Shown piece by piece: positions 1-10,756 of a stretch of DNA of 64,000 nucleotides. The DNA comes from Paramoeba atlantica (lineage: Eukaryota > Protista > Discosea): NCBI GenBank assembly GCA_977017575.1, contig CDRNVI010000023.1, positions 124,001-188,000 of the forward strand, given 5' to 3'. Every line of letters begins with the position of its first letter. Positions within the stretch are counted from its first letter, which is position 1. The position numbers and the translations under genes were made by a program. The notes below the pieces were generated by a model that was not told where the DNA came from, searched no databases, and saw only the letters and a list, made by a program, of their open reading frames with translations.

Positions 1-432
1 CCAAAAGGGTGTGTGAACCGAAGTTGTGCACAGGCCGCGGTCCCAGAAAACTATTGTCCAAAGCGTCTGTGCTACGAGGAATAGGAATATTACATCTCCG
101 TGACGAGATGTAGTACCTTGCCTGTCCATTTTGACACGCTTTAACACAGCATGTAAACAGCGTGAGTAGTAAGGAAGCGTTCAGCACCGGGAAAAACGCT
201 TCTATTCATCATCATGGCTCCTAGTGTTTATTGGGATATCTACATCAATCATAGATTGTAGAGGATCGATCTGTGGGCCACTTGCCCGCGTGGTAAAATA
301 GTTTTTGTCTCGGTTCTTGGTCTCCGTCTCAGATTTTTTTTGAGCCCATGTTTGCGTTTTTCTACCCAAGCCGCTGTTTCGCGTTGTTTTGCAGTGGCTC
401 TCCCTCTTTCGCGATGTTTCGGCAAAATGCAG

Positions 433-766
433 TACTCCCCCTCTCATTAATAATTATAAACCTCCAAAAATCATTAAAGGGATCGCTTATAGAAATTTAA
501 TGAGATTATAATTCTAAGTCTCACTTTTATAAATCTCAAATTCTTCATTTTTTATCTAGAAAGACACCTGTACCACATCCAGGTAGTGTATTTTGCACTA
601 AAAATTGCTTCCAAGTTGAACGAAATGTCTCGAAAATCAAGAATTTGAAGTCCATAATAAGAAAAAATCACTTACCGAATCTCATTAATAATTATAAACT
701 ATAATTATAATTATAATTATAAACGAAAAAGGTTTATACATTATAATTATTAATGAGAGGAGGGTA
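433..766. mobile_element. MITE with TA TSD (CTCCCCCTCTCATTAAT TIR family)
   Basis: Left TA-ctccccctctcattaataattat; right ataattattaatgagaggaggg-TA; AT-rich, non-coding interior. Confidence 0.7.
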
Positions 767-819
767 GCCTCTTAATTATAAAGAGTTTCGTATTTTATAT
801 ACGAACCGTATATTTTATA

Positions 820-2090
820 TACGGTCCAGTTTACCATACCAATACCCCCGTAATTGCGGTGGTTGTAAAACTACCGCTCTACACTCGATTATTGAAAAAA
901 AAGTGAACAAAAACAGTGAAAATATAAAGAGGAACACAGTAATATAATAGAAGAAAAAAATATAAAAGGGGGCTCCGGTGGACCAAAACTGAAAAAAAAA
1001 TTTGAAAAAAATGGGGGGTCCAGGGGGGGGTCCAGGGGGGGGTCCAGGGGGGGGGGTCCAGGGGGGGGGGCATGGTCGAGCAAATTTTTTCGAAAAAATT
1101 AGTTTTCGAAAAAAAACCGCAGAAAGGGTAGCCGGGGTCTTGGCGCGCATTTTCCACCCCCTACCCCGGGGTGACCCCCCCGCGTATCCGCATGACGGGT
1201 CCGCCAAGTTCGGATTTTTTCGGAAAAAACATTTTGAAAAAAAATTCAACTTGGCGAAAAAAATGACAAAAAAAATATTTTTCCAAAATCGTTTCCCCTA
1301 TTGTATTTCGATAGTTTGGGACCTACACTAGCTTTCTCCGCAGTTGTTTTCGCAAGGTATCACTTCTTCGAACCGTGGTGCGCCCCTCAAAATGACCCAA
1401 TTTTGACTAAAAAAGGTGAAAAAGTATTTTTCGGACCTAAAGGGGCATTTTTGTGTCGAACGAATGGTATGGTTGGAGTCGTATTCTCTACCCAATACGT
1501 GCGGTAGGCTTTCATTCATGCCTGCGAGTGATTTCCCACGCGCAAATGTCGGATTTAGTGCTCTGAGAGCAAAAATATGCGAAAATGACCCCATTTGTAC
1601 CCGAAATTCGGCTATTTTTGGCTATAATCTTTCCGTTTTCCAGGCTAAATTTTCTTTTTTTAGGCTCTTCGTTAAACGCGGCGGTAGTTTTCAACGCGAA
1701 GCGCGCAGCATGAGTGACTTCTAAGTTGAAAGCAACCACCGCGTTTAACGAAGAGCCTAAAAAAGAAATATACCGGGGGGTATATTACGGTGTCCACTCA
1801 GGCTTAATATACCTCCCTCTGACACAAATGCCCAACATCCGAGAAATGGCCTAGCGAAAAGAGTATTTGTAGAAAAAGTAAGGACATTTTTTTGCGTTTT
1901 TGGGCCTAAACAGGACTTTTCTTTGATTTTATAGACACTTTTAGGGAGAAACCGCGCCGCGAAGGGGCGCGATTTCTTTTGTGGAAATTTTGGATTTAAT
2001 AGAGACAAAACACAAAATTGTGTCTACATTAAAGGGGGGGTCACAGTACCTATACCTTAATATACCGTGGGGTATGGTAAGCTGGACAGT
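820..2090. mobile_element. Putative TIR element hosting hairpin-element copy A1
   Basis: gtccagtttaccatacc (~824-840) is the near reverse complement of ggtatggtaagctggac (2071-2087). Confidence 0.4.
851..1768 (+). mobile_element. Hairpin-ended non-autonomous element, family A, core type 1, full length
   Basis: 5' end taattgcggtggttgtaaaactaccgc; (TCCA-G8)n G-run block ~1012-1070; 3' palindrome arms 1661-1695 and 1725-1759 with a 29-nt loop; near-identical to the reverse complement of 32854-33805. Confidence 0.85.
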
Positions 2091-2643
2091 GGTTTAGAAA
2101 AAACAATAACATGACACTATTTCGTTTAGCGTTGAACGCACGTTTCCAGTTATTTTTGCGCACCGAAAAAGTAGTTTCTCTATCAGAATTGTTTCCCATA
2201 CCATTCACGCGCGCCAAGGCGCAAGAAGCAGGTGTAGTATCTGTGATTTTGCCTTTTCTAGACCGAATGCCCTGGCCTTCCACTTATCCCCCGCGATGAG
2301 TATGTTTACTTCTTATGCGAGGCATCCGTGTACAGCCTATGACGGTACTGAACACAATCCGCCGTGTGATACAATTTGTAACATGTGCATTGCGTACATT
2401 TTACTTGTCGAGCGTGACCCATACTGTCACACTTAATAGTATTCACGCGGTTCTAGGACGGGGCTAAGCGGTTGGGTCCGTTTAGTTATTGCTTGTTTGG
2501 CCCTACTGCTAAAAGACATAAAATAGATGTTCTTTATAAAATAGGTGTTCTTTATAAAAAAGGTGTTCTTTTATTTTTTATGCGAACATTGTCTAGTAGT
2601 CCGAGTAGTGCTAGTACCGTGTATTAGTACCGAAATAAACTAT

Positions 2644-2987
2644 TACTGTACCCCCCCCCTCCTGTTTATAGTAGCCTCGACCTCTCCCCCCTTTTATAGG
2701 TTCTTTTTTTGGGCAACCTGGGGAATTTTTTATTTTATTTTCTTGCACCGTCTTTAATATTTTGATATTTATTTTCATATGGTTCTTCGAGGTATGGCGC
2801 GTGTTCGTGCTGGACACTTTACTTTGGAAGAGCGCCGGGGCCCACTTAGCGATTGAATAAATCCTGGTTCCTCGCTCCCGAATGTATGGCGATTTATGTG
2901 CCAACTCTTAATCTTCAATCGCCCTCCCCCCTTTATAGGTTCATTTGGGCAAAAGCGAAGCTATTATAAACGGGGGGGGGTACAGTA
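2644..2987. mobile_element. MITE with TA TSD (CTGTACCCCCCC TIR)
   Basis: TA-ctgtaccccccccctcctgtttatagtagc ... gctattataaacgggggggggtacag-TA. Confidence 0.7.
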
Positions 2988-3205
2988 AATTTTTAGCTAA
3001 AATGTAAAGCGTTTTTAGAACTTATTTTTTATATGTTAGAACTTCTAACATTTAAAAAAAATCTACCCAGTTTAGAGGGGTTGCGTGGGCTGATTAGTAC
3101 AAAACGTATAGTGTCTTTTGGTCCAGTGTACTGTTTATAGTAAAATATATGGCATAATCGCATTGCAAACGTCATCAGATCTTCTAGCTTTCAAAAGGAG
3201 TTGTT

Positions 3206-3463
3206 ATGCACAGCTCTGAGCAAATTTTACTCGATCACGAAATACTTCAGCAAATCCTAGAAGAAATTGATACTGAACAAACATTCGTCCTACAGAAAGA
3301 TGCGGAACGATTTTTGAATCGGGAAATAATTCTACCACTAGTAAAAAGAATTCTTATGAAAGCGCAACAGGCGAGTGCTACTGTAGTAGACAAAGCTGCG
3401 TTAGCTGAGGCACTGCATCTTGAGGGTATTTCACTGCCAGTAAGCATGCAAGAAGATATGTAA
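3206..3463 (+). CDS. Small histone-fold-like protein (TAF12/TAF10/H4-like pattern)
   Basis: 85 aa; three predicted helices LQQILEEID..DAERFLNREIILPLVKRILMKAQQ..TVVDKAALAEALHLEGISLP resemble a histone fold; judged by eye only. Confidence 0.45.
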   Translation: MHSSEQILLDHEILQQILEEIDTEQTFVLQKDAERFLNREIILPLVKRILMKAQQASATVVDKAALAEALHLEGISLPVSMQEDM

Positions 3464-3646
3464 ATGTTTTTTGGGCTGCGAATGCTCAGTCACTTCTCCG
3501 TCCACGTAGGCAAAGACAGAAAATTGTGAATTCGTTGCGTTCAAAGTGTGTAAACCGGGAGGCGGAATAGTGTTATGATGCGGTTTATTATTAAGTTGCG
3601 GTTTATTATTAAGTTAGACAGGTTATTATTAAGCTAGACAAGCTAC

Positions 3647-3887
3647 TACACCTCCTCTCATAAATAATGATAATGATAATAATAATTTTTCTGAGATTAT
3701 CATTTTTGATGGAGGCAATAAGGGGAGATCCGAAATACATGTATTATGATATTTTGTCTACGAAGGGAAAAAACAAGACATGATTAAAGAGATCATGGAA
3801 AAAACTCGAGCTGACACGGAGGAGTTATGATAGAATGAAACTTTTTTTATAATTTTTCAATTATCATTATTAATGAAAGGGGGTGTA
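3647..3887. mobile_element. MITE with TA TSD, same TIR family as 433-766
   Basis: TA-cacctcctctcataaataatgataat ... attatcattattaatgaaagggggtg-TA. Confidence 0.65.
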
Positions 3888-4559
3888 TTAATTTGTCAAG
3901 TTATTATTAAGTTTGTGCATTTCTACAGAGCAATGACATGTTCTGGCCCAGAATTTGGAATTTCAATGAATGTATAGGGCAGATTTTGGCCAATATACGA
4001 AGGAAAAACTATGCGCATGTATTGTTATAAACCCCCCACAGCGAATAAGTCACCCCCCTCTTTTTTTTGTACAACGAGGCTTAGGAGGGTTGCGGCACCA
4101 CTTTTTCGTTCAAAATTTTGAGATCTGCACGTTCCCGCTGTTTTTAGACCTCTTCACAGATAAGAAAGTAAAACTCATTTTTTTAATGACGTTTTTAGAT
4201 AGTCATGCCAATATTACCTGAAAAATCTCATGTTCCTCGACCAGGGGGGGAGAAGGGGGTCAACATGAAAATGGTGTCACAGATCTTCGCTAGGGGAACG
4301 AGATCTCTCGATTGCAACAAAAATGATCAAAAACAGATAACAAACATTCAATTTGTCACGTGGTGGAATATTTGTCTTTGATTGGCTCTTTCTTGAAACG
4401 GTGATAAATCAACTTTTTTAAGCTGCTCCCTTTAGTTTTTGCTTGAAGGGGCCTAAGGGGGTTAAGATATCATTTTCTCGTTCAAAATTCTGAGATCTAC
4501 ACGTTACCACCATTTTTAGATCATTCTAGAAACTGAAAAAGAAAATTGTTTTTAGGTTC

Positions 4560-6875
4560 TACCGTTACCCCCCCCCTTACTTATCCCGCATTTTGACCCC
4601 AAAATCAGTGATTTTGTGATAAGTAGCGTACCTGGATAAGTAGCGTACCTGGATAAGTAGCGTACCTGAGTAGTGTACCTTAGGTTGGTGAGTGGTTTTC
4701 GGAAGCGTCCTGCCATAAATGAAATTAATAACATAGAGAAAACAAAGTTGTACAACAAACAGAGAGAAGTAATCGAAATATACAAGGTAAATAAAAAACA
4801 ACGCGAGTGTGAAACTTGATTCTGACACAAATGAAGGCTAAGAGAATGTCATGCACATTATAAGAACAACATCATAGAACACGAAAAAAAGTAGTGCTAA
4901 TTACATGACAAGAAATAAGCGGGGGGAAAAAGTGTAGTCGTTGCTGGTTGTTGATGGCATGGAAAAACATGGAAAAAAAACCAGAAAAATATAAGGAATA
5001 ATATTTTTATAGAATGACATTCCGACCAGCCCAGGAGTAAAAGCGAATGAAAAATATTCGATATGCCTCAATTGAATCTATTCTCATATTATAAAATTAT
5101 CATATTACGCCCGAGTGCACACAATTTTATATCAAAAAGCGCTCACTGATCAGTGTCCGCATCAATCACTTCCTCACCGAAAGAAAGCTGCTGAAAAGCA
5201 TTGGAGACGACTTCTGTCTCCAAAGCAGCTTCTACAGGCGTTGCGCCAAGCACAAGGGTACTACCACGTAGAGATTGTACCCGTTGGGGGGAAATTGTTT
5301 CTGCGCCTCGTAGAAGGTGGGATGAGAGCTTGCGTTCAAATTCCACACCATAGGCTTCTACTGCAGGAAAGGACTGTAGCGCTTCAGTGACAAAACGCGT
5401 GATTTTCTGACGCGTGGGGCGGCGAAACCCGTTCTGAGAGGCACGCCAGGTAGAAAATTTATCCCGGTAATGGTGCTTGAACGCTCGGTTGACTGCAACA
5501 TCCATGAGTTGGATGAGCGAGGTGCAACCTGAAGGAATGAACAAGACATCAACCTCTCGCTCACGAAGGTAAGAAAGAATTTCGTGAGTTCGATGAGCGG
5601 CATAGAGGTCAATCACAAGTAAAGTTTGTCGCGGAGGATAACGCGCATGGTCTAACAACTCTCTTTGAAGCCATGCCAGAAAAGAGTCGCCATTTGTCCA
5701 CCCCGATGCAGTTGTGGTGGCAGTACAACGGTACTTTACAGCTGCCGCGTTGATTTCCCGAGAGATGGGCCCTGTGGAGGACTGCGCCTGCCAGATGAGA
5801 TGAGGGGGCAACATGGTGTGGTCCCAAACGCCACCTGTGCCTCGAACGGAGCGCGCCGCGAAAAAAGCTGTCGTCATTTGGCGTTCCGTTCCGGCTGTGC
5901 GAACTCGCACCCGCCGCGTCCCACGAAGTTCAATTGTAACACTACTTACAGGTTCCCACACAACTCCGGTCTCATCACCCGTGAGGATGACAGAGTAACC
6001 TCTGCGATCGACGTTCATCAGAGTCATCATCTCGAGAAAGTTTCGGACCCGTTCATCAGCATCTGTCGGAACGAGTTGAGTGCAACCGTTTACACGACGG
6101 CAACAAACGTTCGCAAATCGACAAAAGCGCTGCCAGAACTTTTCCTTCCCATTCTCTGTGAGTTGACTGAAATGGTCAAATGTCCCAAAGTATTGGAACA
6201 TCATCGATTTCGTGACCCCGACGAGCGCGTCACGCAAGACCGCAATCATGCGAGAACCCTGAGTGTACAATTCCTGATTCTGACGCGGCGGGTGGAATTG
6301 ATAGGAACTTCCGTGGCCAAGGCGCACAAGCCTCATCCACTCTTCCTTCTTCAGGACAATTTTTCGCACCGTGGAAGGAGTGATGCGAAACTCTGCGGCA
6401 ACTGTTGCTTCGGGCTTCATAGCTTCTATTGCAGCACAAATATTAAGTTTCTGCTGGATAGTAAGCTCGACCCGACTTTTCCGTGGACGGTCTTGTTCAA
6501 CTTGAGCATGGGCCAGTAGTTCAACGTTTGGGATAACATTGACTACGGCATTCGGATCCGGAATTACGACAACCGCCTCTTGTGGTAGGAGTGCGTTGCG
6601 GACCTGCCCTGCATGAAAAACCAGCCGATTCAAGTCAGACATTCAGAGAGAGAGAGAGAGAGGGAGGATGAGTTGTAGAAAAAAGTATTCAAGAGTTGTA
6701 GATAGATAAATACTTTAAAATAGCAACGCATTGTACAGCTACCTCAAATCTAAAACAATAAAAAAGTTCGGAAAAAAGGCTAAGGTCCAGGTACGCTACT
6801 TATCCTTGCGGATAAGTAAGGTTTGGGATTTTGTGATAAGTAGCGTACCTGGATAAGTAAGGGGGGGTAACGGTA
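4560..6875 (-). mobile_element. pogo/Tigger-family DNA transposon, apparently intact
   Basis: TA TSDs at 4560-61 and 6874-75; TIRs ccgttac(C)9ttacttatcc / ggataagtaa(G)7taacgg; subterminal 17-bp repeats gataagtagcgtacctg at both ends; uninterrupted transposase ORF. Confidence 0.9.
5143..6642 (-). CDS. pogo-type transposase (CENP-B-like HTH + DDE_1)
   Basis: 499 aa; ELTIQQKLNI..VAAEFRITPSTVRKI HTH; ILTGDETG, SGWTN..FLAWL, LLVIDLYAAH, FIPSGCTSLIQLMDVAVNRAFK. Confidence 0.92.
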   Translation of the reverse strand: MSDLNRLVFHAGQVRNALLPQEAVVVIPDPNAVVNVIPNVELLAHAQVEQDRPRKSRVELTIQQKLNICAAIEAMKPEATVAAEFRITPSTVRKIVLKKEEWMRLVRLGHGSSYQFHPPRQNQELYTQGSRMIAVLRDALVGVTKSMMFQYFGTFDHFSQLTENGKEKFWQRFCRFANVCCRRVNGCTQLVPTDADERVRNFLEMMTLMNVDRRGYSVILTGDETGVVWEPVSSVTIELRGTRRVRVRTAGTERQMTTAFFAARSVRGTGGVWDHTMLPPHLIWQAQSSTGPISREINAAAVKYRCTATTTASGWTNGDSFLAWLQRELLDHARYPPRQTLLVIDLYAAHRTHEILSYLREREVDVLFIPSGCTSLIQLMDVAVNRAFKHHYRDKFSTWRASQNGFRRPTRQKITRFVTEALQSFPAVEAYGVEFERKLSSHLLRGAETISPQRVQSLRGSTLVLGATPVEAALETEVVSNAFQQLSFGEEVIDADTDQ

Positions 6876-8085
6876 TTTTTTTGCATCGTCATACCACACT
6901 AATTTAAGAAAACAAACACTCCGCGGCCAGGGGGCACAAGTGGGTCAATATTAAAAAATAGCGGCAAATATCTTTGCTAGGAGAACGAGATCTCTCGTTC
7001 GCAACAAAAATCAGCAAAAACGGACAAAAATAATTGAATTTCTCATGGGAGGAGAATATTTATTTTGTTAAAGTGTGAGAAATTGCTCTTGAAAAATGTG
7101 AAGAAAGTGATAATCCATCTATCGGATGCACGCATTTGAGAGCCTTGGTTCCATGCTATAACGCGCAAAGTTTTTGTGTTGGGAACAGCAAAATGCAACA
7201 AAAATGAGCTCAAACGGACACTTGGCTGAAAAGTTAGAGGGGGGTGACTTTTCGCTGTGGGGGGTTTATAATCAAAACACACTAACGCTCGTGCGTAAGC
7301 AATGTTTTCTATTGCGACGCGAGAGATGATAAAGTGGAAGAAGCGACATTCCAGTGCGGCTTCTAGTCGGTTTCTAGTCGTACTGGCCCCCAGTGACCGC
7401 CAGAGGCTCTCAGCGATTGTCAGTGACTGAAAGCGACTAGTGTCGCAAAGTTATTTTGTCTCTCTTGAAGGCAGGGTGACGGCCAAGAAGTTACACAGCA
7501 CGTTCAAAAAACGGTTAGCACTGTGTATTGCTGCCGATGGGCATAGGATTCGATTTTAATACGATTTTCTATTTATGCACTCTAGTGCCAAAATTAATGG
7601 GGGTGTCTAATTAATGGTAATTGGGTAAGAATATTTCAGGCACCTGCTAAAATTCATGCTCAGAAATTTACACTTTTTAATGTGAAATTTGACTTTTCAA
7701 ACTATTTTTCAGTGTTCTATTTTATATTCGTTTTGCTTACAAGTATTTTTCCCGTGTTGTCCTCAACACGGGATCTGCACGAATACGCCATTCTTTTGTC
7801 ATTTCTCTCATGTACATGAATGTGGGGATAGTCCCAAAACCACTGGAACGGGGTTGTACTACATTTGAACAACTACGGCCAAAAATTCGTTGTCGATACG
7901 AGTTAATTACAATACTTTTTGGCATGGGTGTAAGTCGGGGGGTGACGATAATTTTAATATTTGGGCTGCTCTTTAAAACTCCATCTTTTCGGCGGAAAAA
8001 AGAGAGATTTGATTAAGATTATTTTCCTGTTGGGGGATCTTTATAACCAGGATGGTATGATATTAAACAAGCCAATAGGTAAATT

Positions 8086-8850
8086 TTGTTTTCAACAATG
8101 AACACTCCAAATCGGCCAGGTAAAGTAAAAGGTGCTATCCTACCGCAGGAATATGACTTGGATAGGCTTATTTCGGCGACAAACATTGAGAGGAAAAGTC
8201 TTTCTTGGAACATAAGCACGCCTGCGTGTAATTGGAAAAGAGTAAAATGTGATGAAGTTGGGAACGTAAATTCTCTCTCTTGGAATACACTTCGGATCAG
8301 TGGGGTTTTACAATGGAAATATATACCGCACACAGTAGTTCGTCTCGACTTTTTCAAGTGTGACTTGTCAGGAGAGATTGAATTTGAATCTTTACCACAA
8401 TTTTTGCGGTTTTGTAATCTGGGGAAAAATAATTTTGCAGGAACATTAGACGTGAGAAAAATACCTCGAAAGATCGAAGAACTCTACTTGAACGGCAACC
8501 AACTTGAAGGAAATGTGGATATGTGCAATCTTCCGGACAGTTTGCTTCGGTTTTCCCTGTGGGAAAATAACTTTTCTGGCACGTTGGACCTCACGCGCTT
8601 ACCGAGCAGATTGCGTTATCTCAATTTAATAGACAACGCATTCACTGGGACCTTAGATTTCAGCCATTTGCCTCCATTATTGAAGCAACTCCGCTTGAGT
8701 CACAACCGATTCGCGGGTCCAATTGAGCTTGATCGTGGAACAGAACTGAATAAACTGGAACTGGAAGGGAATCATGATTTGACGGGTAATTTGGATGTAA
8801 CGCTGCGCACTGTTGTGGACGCTACAAAAACTCAAATTTCTTTTACGTAA
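8086..8850 (+). CDS. LRR protein (LRRNT + plant-like LRRs), GKV-motif family
   Basis: RPGKVKGAILPQEYDL, SW..STPACNWKRVKC, repeated LxLxxNxFxGxLDxxxLP; start may be ATG 8098. Confidence 0.88.
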   Translation: MFSTMNTPNRPGKVKGAILPQEYDLDRLISATNIERKSLSWNISTPACNWKRVKCDEVGNVNSLSWNTLRISGVLQWKYIPHTVVRLDFFKCDLSGEIEFESLPQFLRFCNLGKNNFAGTLDVRKIPRKIEELYLNGNQLEGNVDMCNLPDSLLRFSLWENNFSGTLDLTRLPSRLRYLNLIDNAFTGTLDFSHLPPLLKQLRLSHNRFAGPIELDRGTELNKLELEGNHDLTGNLDVTLRTVVDATKTQISFT

Positions 8851-8967
8851 AGCAGCCTTACCGATCACAACACTATTTTGAACAAGAATATTAACAAACA
8901 ATTTATTGCTATTCTAGAGTTTATTTTGTTACTGGTGAAAGAGTAGTTGGTCGTTTTCAATGTATAT

Positions 8968-9040
8968 AGAAGTCACTGCCCCTTTGCTTTGAAAACTACC
9001 TCCGCGTTTAACGAAGCAACTAAAAAAGTAAAATTGGCCC
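8968..9040 (-). mobile_element. Degenerate fragment of family A terminal hairpin
   Basis: gaagtcact..tttgaaaactacctccgcgtttaacgaagcaactaaaaaagtaaaattggcc matches the loop and inner arm of the A hairpin. Confidence 0.6.
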
Positions 9041-9467
9041 AGGAGGGGGAAGAAATCAGTGGGATTTACAAAAAGACAGGGCTGTTCATACCAAAATAAA
9101 AGTGTTCTACAAACGGCTAGAAATTCTTTTTTTTGGAATATTAACTTTGGATAGATCTGGAGTAACATCAGTTGGGAAAATACTTAATTTTCGTTTGAAA
9201 AGCAACATTTAGACGAGAAGGAACTGTGAAAGCAAAAACAGAAATTTAATGAAAATCAAATTAAAGAAATGAAGATTGCGGAAATTAGAGGAAAAGTAGT
9301 GAAACAAAGCAAGCTCGGCTTCGCCTATGGGAAGCATGTTTTGAGACCTTATTTAATCTTAACACGCCGGGGGGGCATGTTTAGATGTTAGAGGGATGTT
9401 AACTAGTGCCCCCGTTTAAGAAGAAATCCTGCACGTCGTATGACTATGTAGGAAATATGCATTGTGG

Positions 9468-9923
9468 TACTCCCCCTCTGATTAATTTTGATAAATGGAC
9501 TTCCTTTGACTTTATCAAAATTAATGATTTATCAAAAAATTCTATTTTTGATAAATCATTAATCATTAATATAAAGTATAAATCATTAATCATAATGATA
9601 AATGATAAATCAAGTTTTCCCCTCGTTGCAATATAGAACGTTCATAGATTCGTTCTCTAGAACAGCGAAGACACAAAGTTTTTAGTTCGAACACCAAAAA
9701 TGTCCCAAATCGATAACCAAAAATGCCCCAAAGCGACATTAATTCGAAAATTAATTCCAATCCCAAAATGCCCCAAATCGAAAAGGTTTCCTTTTTCGCC
9801 TAAAAATCGTGCATTTTTGTACAAAAGCTGTTTTCGGTTTTTATTTAATTTGATAAATGATAATAATAATAAATCAATTTGATTTATCGTTTATCATTAT
9901 CAAAATTTATCAGAGGGGGGCTA
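9468..9923. mobile_element. MITE with TA TSD (CTCCCCCTCTGAT TIR)
   Basis: TA-ctccccctctgattaattttgataaat ... attatcaaaatttatcagagggggg-c-TA. Confidence 0.65.
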
Positions 9924-10051
9924 GTTCTTCAAATTGATCTTTCTTAAAGAATCGGTGGGAGGCAAAGAAGAAATCGTCTTCTAAAAATCCTCCTCTAAAA
10001 GGACATTGTATAAAAGAAATTATATTCATTGTATGCAGTACACTTTTTTCG

Positions 10052-10720
10052 ATGCAATTTTCAGTATTCGTTTCTCCGCTGTCCTTTAAGGACTCCACAA
10101 CGTACCGCGGGAACAAAGTAAGCCGGGCTCTACTTCCAGTGGAATATTCACTAGCTCGATTTGTTGAAGGAGTGTGGGTAAAATCTGGATGGCCCCAATC
10201 CTGGACGACCGGCACGGCGGCCTGTCAGTGGCAAGGCGTGGGCTGCACTGACCAAGTCGTTCGTAGAATTCACTGGACGGGACGAAACTTAAGCGGTACG
10301 TTTATATGGAAGGAAATGCCTCAGACACTTTTGGTGTTTGCAATCTATGAAAATCGGATAGCGGACACATTATCCGTAAGTGTTCTGCCTCGTAAACTAT
10401 TGCATTTTGATATTGGAGGGAACTGCTTCTATGGCACGATAGATTTTATTGCACTTCCACCAGCATTGGCCCACTTTTCTGTCTCACATAATGAATTTAC
10501 AGGTCTGATTGATTTAAGAGAGCTTTCTTCTAACTTGCGGATTCTATATTTGAATTACAATGATTTTGAGACAGTGCATTTCGGACTCCTCCACAAGACA
10601 ATGGAAGAACTTCATCTAGAATACAATAAAAGGTTAACAGGCGAGCTGCCTCTTGAAAATATTCCTCAATCGCTGGCACCTTACTTCTACAGAGACGAAA
10701 CAAAGCTCATCGTTATGTAG
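10052..10720 (+). CDS. LRR protein, GKV-motif family
   Basis: RGNKVSRALLPVEYSL, SW..AACQWQGVGC, LRR repeats (LLHFDIGGNCFYGTIDF etc.). Confidence 0.87.
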   Translation: MQFSVFVSPLSFKDSTTYRGNKVSRALLPVEYSLARFVEGVWVKSGWPQSWTTGTAACQWQGVGCTDQVVRRIHWTGRNLSGTFIWKEMPQTLLVFAIYENRIADTLSVSVLPRKLLHFDIGGNCFYGTIDFIALPPALAHFSVSHNEFTGLIDLRELSSNLRILYLNYNDFETVHFGLLHKTMEELHLEYNKRLTGELPLENIPQSLAPYFYRDETKLIVM

Positions 10721-10756
10721 AACGTTTGTAATACCCCTCTTATTAAGACAGTGTAT

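Larger units (their letters stand above)
4028..7269. mobile_element. TIR element (family C) into which the pogo element is nested
   Basis: ~37-bp inverted repeat ttataaaccccccacagcgaataagtcacccccctct at 4025 vs agaggggggtgacttttcgctgtggggggtttataa at ~7237-7271; internal motif gctagg.gaacgagatctctcg at ~4288 and ~6977 also seen at ~27680 (rev) and ~58130. Confidence 0.6.

Noticed and set aside
202-447. 81-aa - strand ORF at the window start
   Set aside because: Its start lies inside a MITE TIR, it is opposite to the cluster strand, and it has no recognisable motif
815-1739. ORFs within family A copies (also 13629-14078, 26861-27260, 29246-29802, 32899-33817, 34702-35037)
   Set aside because: Low-complexity translations of homopolymer runs, frames not conserved between copies, no domain motifs
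1661-1759. Family A hairpin as an integron attC site or bacterial terminator organising LRR cassettes
   Set aside because: Eukaryotic context; hairpins occur in both orientations, do not flank LRR genes regularly and are always attached to the element core
7737-7925. Possible FLYWCH/MULE zinc-finger remnant (WDYPHIHVHERNDKRMAYSCRSR in one - frame)
   Set aside because: Too short, interrupted by stops, no supporting termini
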